Assembly (NCBI GenBank): GCA_964495785.1
Contig: CAZBXL010000001.1
Coordinates: 44,406 to 108,405, forward strand
DNA: 64,000 nucleotides
From: an uncultured Saprospiraceae bacterium
GTDB lineage: Bacteria > Bacteroidota > Bacteroidia > Chitinophagales > Saprospiraceae
Direction: 5' to 3'
Under the pieces are notes generated by a model that worked only from the letters and a program-made list of their open reading frames with translations, did not search any database and was not told where the DNA came from. The position numbers were made by a program, and so were the translations under genes. Below are positions 58,467-64,000 of the stretch, in pieces (position 1 is the stretch's first letter; each line of letters opens with the position of its first letter).

Positions 58467-58548
58467 GGGGGTGCGCCGAAGTTGGAGAGTCGGGACAGAC
58501 TGTAAATCTGTTGTTTAGGCTGAATAGGTTCGAATCCTATCACCCCCA
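58467..58548 (+). tRNA. tRNA-Tyr (anticodon GTA), long variable arm
   Basis: Acceptor gggggtg/caccccc, anticodon stem acaga/tctgt with loop ctgtaaa, long extra arm, T-arm atagg-ttcgaat-cctat. Confidence 0.9.
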
Positions 58549-58581
58549 CAACGAAAATGTTTTTTTTGAAATAATACTTAG

Positions 58582-58654
58582 GCGGAAGTAGCTCAGTTGG
58601 TAGAGCATCAGCCTTCCAAGCTGAGGGTCGCGGGTTCGAGTCTCGTCTTCCGCT
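58582..58654 (+). tRNA. tRNA-Gly (anticodon TCC)
   Basis: Acceptor gcggaag/cttccgc, anticodon stem tcagc/gctga with loop cttccaa, T-loop ttcgagt. CCA encoded. Confidence 0.93.
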
Positions 58655-58681
58655 CCACTAAATCTATTTAGGTCTTGAAAA

Positions 58682-58753
58682 GCCGATGTAGCTCAGTGGT
58701 AGAGCACCTCCATGGTAAGGAGGGGGTCGCTGGTTCAAATCCAGTCATCGGCT
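58682..58753 (+). tRNA. tRNA-Thr (anticodon GGT)
   Basis: Acceptor gccgatg/catcggc, anticodon stem cctcc/ggagg with loop atggtaa, T-loop ttcaaat. Confidence 0.93.
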
Positions 58754-58825
58754 CACTAAGTACATAGGAAGTTTTAATAATTTTTGTAAGTATATAATTA
58801 ATCGTTTTTTTAAAATAATTGAATA

Positions 58826-60022
58826 ATGGCTAAAGAAACCTTTCAAAGGACCAAACCCCACGTAAACATTGGTACGATTGGTCACGTAGACCATGGTAAA
58901 ACAACTCTAACTGCTGCTATTACCTACGTCCTATCAGAGGCAGGTCTATCTGAGAAAATGGATTACGACGCAATTGATGGAGCACCTGAGGAAAAAGAAA
59001 GAGGTATTACCATCAACACTGCACACGTTGAATACGAGACTGAGAACAGACACTATGCACACGTAGATTGTCCAGGTCACGCAGATTACGTAAAAAACAT
59101 GGTTACGGGAGCGGCACAAATGGATGGAGCTATATTAGTAGTTGCGGCTACTGATGGTCCTATGCCTCAGACAAGAGAGCATATCCTACTTTGTCGTCAG
59201 GTTGGTGTTCCTAAGATTGTTGTTTTTATGAATAAAGTAGATCTCGTTGATGACGAAGAAATGCTTGAGCTTGTTGAGATGGAGGTAAGAGAATTACTTT
59301 CTCAATATGAGTTCGATGGCGACAACGCTAAAGTTATTCAAGGATCTGCAATTAAAGCTCTTGAAGGAACAGATGAAGGAAAAGCTAAAATCATGGAGCT
59401 AATGGCTGCAGTTGATTCAGATATTCCTGAGCCAGTAAGAGATGTAGATAAGGACTTCCTTATGCCAGTAGAGGATGTATTCTCTATCACAGGTAGAGGA
59501 ACAGTTGCTACAGGTAGAATAGAAAGAGGTGTTATCAATACTGGAGATCCTGTTGAGATCGTAGGTATGATGAAAGATGACGAGAAGCCTTTGACTTCTA
59601 CTATTACAGGTGTTGAGATGTTTAGAAAGATTCTTGAAAGAGGTGAAGCTGGTGATAATGCCGGATTACTACTTAGAGGTATCGAAAAAGAAGCTATTAA
59701 GAGAGGAATGGTTATAGTTAAGCCAGGATCTGTTAAGCCACATAAGAAATTTAAATGTGAAGTCTATGTTCTTGCTAAAGATGAAGGAGGAAGACATACA
59801 CCATTCTTTAATGGTTACAGACCTCAGTTTTATTTCAGAACAACTGACGTAACTGGTGATGTTGTATTACCAGATGGCGTTGAGATGGTTATGCCTGGTG
59901 ATAACGTGACACTTGAAGTAAGTCTTCTTAACAAAATTGCAATGGAGAAAGGATTACGTTTTGCAATTAGAGAGGGAGGAAGAACAGTAGGTGCAGGTCA
60001 GGTAACTGAAATTATCGAATAA
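58826..60022 (+). CDS. tuf: Translation elongation factor Tu
   Basis: [24 protein letters not shown], and full-length EF-Tu collinearity. Confidence 0.99.
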   Translation: MAKETFQRTKPHVNIGTIGHVDHGKTTLTAAITYVLSEAGLSEKMDYDAIDGAPEEKERGITINTAHVEYETENRHYAHVDCPGHADYVKNMVTGAAQMDGAILVVAATDGPMPQTREHILLCRQVGVPKIVVFMNKVDLVDDEEMLELVEMEVRELLSQYEFDGDNAKVIQGSAIKALEGTDEGKAKIMELMAAVDSDIPEPVRDVDKDFLMPVEDVFSITGRGTVATGRIERGVINTGDPVEIVGMMKDDEKPLTSTITGVEMFRKILERGEAGDNAGLLLRGIEKEAIKRGMVIVKPGSVKPHKKFKCEVYVLAKDEGGRHTPFFNGYRPQFYFRTTDVTGDVVLPDGVEMVMPGDNVTLEVSLLNKIAMEKGLRFAIREGGRTVGAGQVTEIIE

Positions 60023-60055
60023 GAAGTTCATTCGAAGAAATATAAATATTACAGA

Positions 60056-60086
60056 AATTAAGCACCTATGATAGGTGCTTAATTTT
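60056..60086 (+). terminator. Rho-independent terminator after tuf
   Basis: Perfect 13-bp stem aattaagcaccta (60056-60068) / taggtgcttaatt (60072-60084) with loop tga. The T-run extends to 60086. Confidence 0.75.
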
Positions 60087-60140
60087 CTGCATTATAGAAG
60101 TTTTATTTTATTAATAGTTTGGATTTTTTCCAATCTACTT

Positions 60141-60213
60141 AGGGGAGTAGCTCAATTGGTAGAGTGGCGGTCTCCAAAACCGTAGGCTGCGGGTTCGATT
60201 CCTGTCTCCCCTG
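60141..60213 (+). tRNA. tRNA-Trp (anticodon CCA)
   Basis: Acceptor aggggag/ctcccct, anticodon stem gcggt/accgt with loop ctccaaa, T-loop ttcgatt. Confidence 0.92.
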
Positions 60214-60229
60214 CAATTTAACAGATGTT

Positions 60230-60424
60230 ATGAACGACATAGTATTATATATAAAAGAGAGTTACAACGAACTTATACACAAAGTTACATGGCCTACATG
60301 GCCTAATCTTACGAGCAGTTCAGTTTTAGTTATAGTTGCGAGTGCAATTTTAGCATTGCTGATATTCGCCATGGATACGGTATCTAAAGGTGTTTTGACA
60401 AGAGTATATGAGCTATCTTTTTGA
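60230..60424 (+). CDS. secE: Preprotein translocase subunit SecE
   Basis: 64 aa from ATG 60230 with KVTWPTWPNL plus a single TM helix. The track start 60164 lies inside tRNA-Trp and is rejected. Conserved position before nusG. Confidence 0.85.
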   Translation: MNDIVLYIKESYNELIHKVTWPTWPNLTSSSVLVIVASAILALLIFAMDTVSKGVLTRVYELSF

Positions 60425-60456
60425 TTTTAGATATTCTTAATTAGGAAATAAAAACT

Positions 60457-61002
60457 ATGTCCGAAGAAAAAAGATGGTATTCTCTCAGAGTTATTAGTGG
60501 TAAGGAGAAGAAAATCAAAGAATATATAGAGCTCGAGTTACAGAGAAACAAGTGGAATGACTATATAACTCAAGTCTTGGTGCCTTCTGAAAAAGTCTAT
60601 AAAATCAGAAATGGTAAAAAAGTTATTCTCGAAAGAAATATTCTACCAGGTTATATCCTTATAGAAGCGGTACCTAAGAAGTTCTCTGGAGAGATAATTA
60701 CAGCTATCACTAATGTGCCAAATGTAATTCATTTTTTAGGTAGGAATAATCCACTACCTATGAGACAGTCAGAAGCCAACAGAATGCTCGGTAAGGTAGA
60801 TGAGTCTCAAGAAGTTGGAGAATCAATGTTAGAACCATTTATAGTTGGCGAAACTGTAAAAATCATAGATGGTCCATTCAATGAATTCGTAGGAGATATT
60901 AAAGAAGTAAACGAAGAGAAGAAGAAACTTAAAGTGATCGTAAAGATTTTTGGTAGAGGAACAGAAGTTGAACTTAACTTCATGCAAGTAGAAAAACAAT
61001 AA
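60457..61002 (+). CDS. nusG: Transcription termination/antitermination factor NusG
   Basis: WYSLRVISGKEKK NGN domain and C-terminal KOW (GETVKIIDGPFNEFVGDIKEV). Confidence 0.97.
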   Translation: MSEEKRWYSLRVISGKEKKIKEYIELELQRNKWNDYITQVLVPSEKVYKIRNGKKVILERNILPGYILIEAVPKKFSGEIITAITNVPNVIHFLGRNNPLPMRQSEANRMLGKVDESQEVGESMLEPFIVGETVKIIDGPFNEFVGDIKEVNEEKKKLKVIVKIFGRGTEVELNFMQVEKQ

Positions 61003-61027
61003 AAAATATATTTAATCAATAACAGTC

Positions 61028-61474
61028 ATGGCAAAAGAAGTAGACGCGTTTATAAAGTTACAAGTTAAAGGTGGATCAGCTAATCCATCACCACCGGTTG
61101 GTCCTGCATTAGGTGCCAAAGGGGTAAATATTATGGAATTCTGTAAGCGATTTAATGCAAAGACAGAAGATAGAAGAGGTAAAATATTACCTGTACAAAT
61201 AACCGTTTATAAGGACAAGTCATTTGACTTTGTTATTAAAACAACTCCTGCCGCAGTGCAATTGTTAGAATTAGCTAAATTAAAAAAAGGTTCTCCTGAG
61301 TCGAACAGAACAAAAGTTGGATCTGTAACATGGGATCAAATCAAAACAATCGCTGAAGATAAAATGGAAGACCTTAATGCCTTCTCTATAGACTCTGCGA
61401 TGAAAATGGTTGCCGGTACAGCACGTAGTGCAGGTATCACTGTTAAGGGAGATGCTCCTTGGGACAACAACTAA
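61028..61474 (+). CDS. rplK: 50S ribosomal protein L11
   Basis: [36 protein letters not shown]. Confidence 0.98.
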   Translation: MAKEVDAFIKLQVKGGSANPSPPVGPALGAKGVNIMEFCKRFNAKTEDRRGKILPVQITVYKDKSFDFVIKTTPAAVQLLELAKLKKGSPESNRTKVGSVTWDQIKTIAEDKMEDLNAFSIDSAMKMVAGTARSAGITVKGDAPWDNN

Positions 61475-61551
61475 TTAGAAAAGAATATTTTTTAACTTTT
61501 ATAAAAAAGGGAGTCTATTAGAATTTAGACGTTAGAACCTTAATATTTATC

Positions 61552-62238
61552 ATGGCGAAATTATCCAAAAAAAGAAAGGAAGCCAATGCAAAAGTAGATC
61601 CTGACAAATTATATGAATTGTCAGATGCTATGGCCCTTGTCAAAGAAGTCAATACGACTAAATTCGATGCTTCAGTAGATCTTCACATCAGATTAGGTGT
61701 AGATCCGAGAAAAGCAGACCAAGCTATCAGAGGAACAGTGACCCTTCCTAATGGAACTGGAAAATCTAAGAAAGTTCTTGTCTTATGTACTCCTGATAAA
61801 GAGGAAGAAGCAAAAGCAGCTGGTGCAGATCACGTTGGTCTCGAAGAATTTATTACTAAGATACAGCAAGGATGGACCGATATTGATGTTATCATCGCTG
61901 CTCCTAATGTGATGGCTCATGTTGGTAAAGTTGGTAGAATATTAGGTCCAAGAGGACTTATGCCTAACCCAAAGTCTGGTACTGTAACTCCTAATATTGG
62001 TGCAGCAGTAGAAGACGTTAAGGGAGGTAAGATTGCATTTAGAGTAGATAAGTACGGTATAATTCATAGTTCTATAGGACGAGTAAGTTTTTCTGCTGAA
62101 AAACTTACGCAAAATGCATCTGAATTAATTAATACTATTGTCAAACTTAAACCAAGCTCAGCTAAAGGTGCTTACATGAAGAGTATAAGCGTAGCAAGTA
62201 CTATGAGTCCGGGGATTAAGATTGAAGACAAATTTTAA
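61552..62238 (+). CDS. rplA: 50S ribosomal protein L1
   Basis: [26 protein letters not shown]...[16 protein letters not shown]. Confidence 0.98.
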   Translation: MAKLSKKRKEANAKVDPDKLYELSDAMALVKEVNTTKFDASVDLHIRLGVDPRKADQAIRGTVTLPNGTGKSKKVLVLCTPDKEEEAKAAGADHVGLEEFITKIQQGWTDIDVIIAAPNVMAHVGKVGRILGPRGLMPNPKSGTVTPNIGAAVEDVKGGKIAFRVDKYGIIHSSIGRVSFSAEKLTQNASELINTIVKLKPSSAKGAYMKSISVASTMSPGIKIEDKF

Positions 62239-62262
62239 CAGCGTCCATCTAATAATTAAGAA

Positions 62263-62790
62263 ATGAAAAAAGAACTTAAAACTATAGTCATAGACCAGCT
62301 AAAGGAAAAATTTTCAGAGAATAATTTTTTCTATATCACAGACGCATCAGAGCTATCAGTAGATCAAGTTAACAAGTTTAGAGGACTTTGTTATGAGAAG
62401 AATGTGGAGATGAAAGTTGTGAAGAATACACTTGTTCAGAAAGCTTTAGAAGCTGTAGGTACAGATGGTCAGTATGAAGATTTATACGGTAGTCTCAAAG
62501 GACCTACTGCATTAATGTTCTCGCAGACAGCGAACGTGCCTGCAAAAATTATCGAAGAATTTAGAAAGTCTCACCCTAAGCCGCTTGTAAAAGCTGCTTA
62601 CATTGACTCGAGTATTTTCTTAGGTGATGAGTCATTAAAAGGACTCGCAGCATTAAAGTCTAAAGAAGAACTTATTGGTGATGTTATCGCTCTCTTACAA
62701 TCACCTGCTAAGAATGTTATATCTGCTCTTAAGTCGGGTGGGTCAACAATTGCAGGCCTTGTGAAAGCATTAGAAGAGAGAGAGGCATAA
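62263..62790 (+). CDS. rplJ: 50S ribosomal protein L10
   Basis: Position between rplA and rplL. L10-type N-terminus and LRxxxxxxxxxxKVVKNTL motif (FRGLCYEKNVEMKVVKNTLV). Confidence 0.95.
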   Translation: MKKELKTIVIDQLKEKFSENNFFYITDASELSVDQVNKFRGLCYEKNVEMKVVKNTLVQKALEAVGTDGQYEDLYGSLKGPTALMFSQTANVPAKIIEEFRKSHPKPLVKAAYIDSSIFLGDESLKGLAALKSKEELIGDVIALLQSPAKNVISALKSGGSTIAGLVKALEEREA

Positions 62791-62870
62791 TTAAAGAATT
62801 TTGGCTTCCAAGCTAATCGCATCTTTTTAGATGTAATTATTTTATCATATATTTTTAAAATTTAATATTC

Positions 62871-63248
62871 ATGGCAGACGTAAAGTCAATTGCAGATCAA
62901 TTAGTCGCTCTTACAGTAAAAGAAGTTAATGAGTTGGCTACTATTTTAAAAGATGAACATGGAATCGAACCTGCTGCAGCTGCTGTAGCTATGGCTGCCC
63001 CTGGTGGTGGCGGTGGTGACGCTGGTGGTGCAGAGCAAACTGAATTCTCTGTAATTCTTAATTCTGCAGGCGCAGCAAAACTTGCTGTAGTCAAAGAAGT
63101 AAAAAATCTTTTAGGTCTTGGACTTAAAGATGCTAAAGAACTAGTTGACGGTGCTCCAGGTCCTGTAAAGGAAGGAGTTCCTAAAGACGAAGCTGAATCA
63201 ATAAAAGCTGCTCTTGAAGCTGCTGGAGCTGACGTTGAATTAAAATAA
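62871..63248 (+). CDS. rplL: 50S ribosomal protein L7/L12
   Basis: Ala/Gly hinge ([19 protein letters not shown]), then [27 protein letters not shown]...[10 protein letters not shown]. Confidence 0.98.
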   Translation: MADVKSIADQLVALTVKEVNELATILKDEHGIEPAAAAVAMAAPGGGGGDAGGAEQTEFSVILNSAGAAKLAVVKEVKNLLGLGLKDAKELVDGAPGPVKEGVPKDEAESIKAALEAAGADVELK

Positions 63249-63302
63249 ACGTTACTCTAAAGGTATTGATAATAGGTTCTTTAATCTAAATAAGAAGTAT
63301 AA

Positions 63303-63332
63303 AGCTTAGTCACTGTTAGCAGTGGCTAAGCT
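63303..63332 (+). terminator. Hairpin in the rplL-rpoB spacer (partial terminator/attenuator candidate)
   Basis: Stem agcttagtcactg (63303-63315) / cagtggctaagct (63320-63332), 13 bp including one G-U, with loop ttag. No clean T-run, so read-through into rpoB is expected. E. coli has an attenuator at the same junction. Confidence 0.4.
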
Positions 63333-63414
63333 ATACCTATATGTAGTAATATCTATTCAGGTATATTTCTTATCATTTATTTGAAATTTTTGTCCTCTTT
63401 ATAAAAAAATAAAT

Positions 63415-64000
63415 ATGGCTACAGTTCAGGCTATCGAGAAGCATTCACAAAAAAGATACAGTTTTGGAAGAGCTTCATTAACAGACGCATATCCAGATTT
63501 ATTAGAGATTCAGATTAAATCTTTCATGGAGTTCTTTCAATTAGAAACAACTCCAGAGAATAGAGGAAATGAAGGTCTCTTTAATGTATTTCAGGAAAAC
63601 TTCCCAATCACTGATGCGAGAAATATTTTCGTACTCGAGTTTTTAGATTACTTCGTTGATCCACCAAGATACAGTATCAATGAATGTATGGAGAGGGGAC
63701 TAACTTACAGCGTTCCACTCAAGGCAAAATTGAGACTTTCTTGTAATGATGAGGAGCACGTAGATTTTCAAACGATCGTACAGGATGTATTTTTAGGTAA
63801 TATACCTTATATGACTCCTAAAGGTACTTTTGTAATCAATGGTGCTGAGAGAGTTGTCGTTTCGCAACTACATAGGTCTCCAGGTGTATTTTTTGCACTT
63901 AATTTCCACCCTAACGGATCTAAGATCTACTCTGCTAGAGTCATACCTTTTAAAGGTGCATGGATGGAATTCACAACAGACATTAACAATGTCATGTTTG
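63415..64000 (+). CDS. rpoB: DNA-directed RNA polymerase beta subunit, N-terminal 195 codons; continues beyond the window
   Basis: Absent from the track (no stop in the window). My translation from ATG 63415: [19 protein letters not shown]...[12 protein letters not shown]...[17 protein letters not shown]...[11 protein letters not shown]...[27 protein letters not shown]. Confidence 0.97.
   Translation, partial: MATVQAIEKHSQKRYSFGRASLTDAYPDLLEIQIKSFMEFFQLETTPENRGNEGLFNVFQENFPITDARNIFVLEFLDYFVDPPRYSINECMERGLTYSVPLKAKLRLSCNDEEHVDFQTIVQDVFLGNIPYMTPKGTFVINGAERVVVSQLHRSPGVFFALNFHPNGSKIYSARVIPFKGAWMEFTTDINNVMF

Noticed and set aside
57356-58753. Tyrosine recombinase next to a tRNA cluster as a possible genomic-island or integrative-element boundary
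   Set aside because: The protein is a 304-aa XerC/XerD-type enzyme rather than a phage/ICE-type integrase. It lies upstream of, not 3' to, the tRNAs. I saw no direct repeat of a tRNA 3' end and no mobility genes. The adjacent tRNA-tuf block is a conserved core arrangement.
60164-60229. N-terminal 22 codons of the track ORF 60164..60424 (secE)
   Set aside because: This part overlaps tRNA-Trp (60141-60213). SecE starts at the internal ATG 60230, giving a normal 64-aa single-TM protein.
61475-61551. Possible L1 or L11 autoregulatory leader in the rplK-rplA spacer (GGGAG followed by gtcta/tagac hairpin at 61513-61530); also the rplJ leader
   Set aside because: There is only a 5-bp stem, and I cannot verify resemblance to the 23S L1-stalk mimic from memory. 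The rplA-rplJ gap is 24 nt, too short for an L10 leader.

Overview
This 64 kb window is an A+T-rich Bacteroidota-type chromosome segment. Supporting evidence: a SusC/SusD pair, four T9SS C-terminal sorting domains, TAnnTTTG-type -7 boxes, almost no Shine-Dalgarno sequences, and the block tRNA-Thr/Tyr/Gly/Thr - tuf - tRNA-Trp - secE - nusG - rplKAJL - rpoB. It holds about 50 densely packed protein genes and 5 tRNAs, mostly core functions. Recognisable genes, in order: waaA (partial, missing from the ORF track), a Wza-family exporter, pgk, gap, a HAD phosphatase, a DUF368 membrane protein, SelO, a nitrilase-family hydrolase, thiolase, an S8 peptidase, a RecQ-family helicase, a GT4 glycosyltransferase, oligopeptidase B, smc, engB, a PlsB-like acyltransferase, a DEDDh exonuclease, topA, lpxB, surE, hemH, psd, cdsA, pdxJ, an XerC/D-like recombinase, tuf, secE, nusG, L11, L1, L10, L7/L12 and the rpoB 5' end. 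Three parts look accessory: 29.0-30.7 kb (orphan T9SS cargo), 34.7-38.0 kb (a Kelch T9SS cargo plus a Cys-repeat type-B T9SS protein), and 49.4-57.3 kb. The last is a SusC/SusD-like operon with two orphan secreted proteins and no CAZyme or regulator, followed by an arylsulfotransferase-like T9SS propeller. I found no rRNA, CRISPR array, transposase/IS, prophage, or recognisable defence or toxin-antitoxin module. I cannot honestly point to a clear novel multi-gene system. The best candidate is the enzyme-less SusCD locus and the RNA structures in and before it. All family calls are by-eye motif recognition on the supplied translations or my own translations; no searches or folding computations were run.
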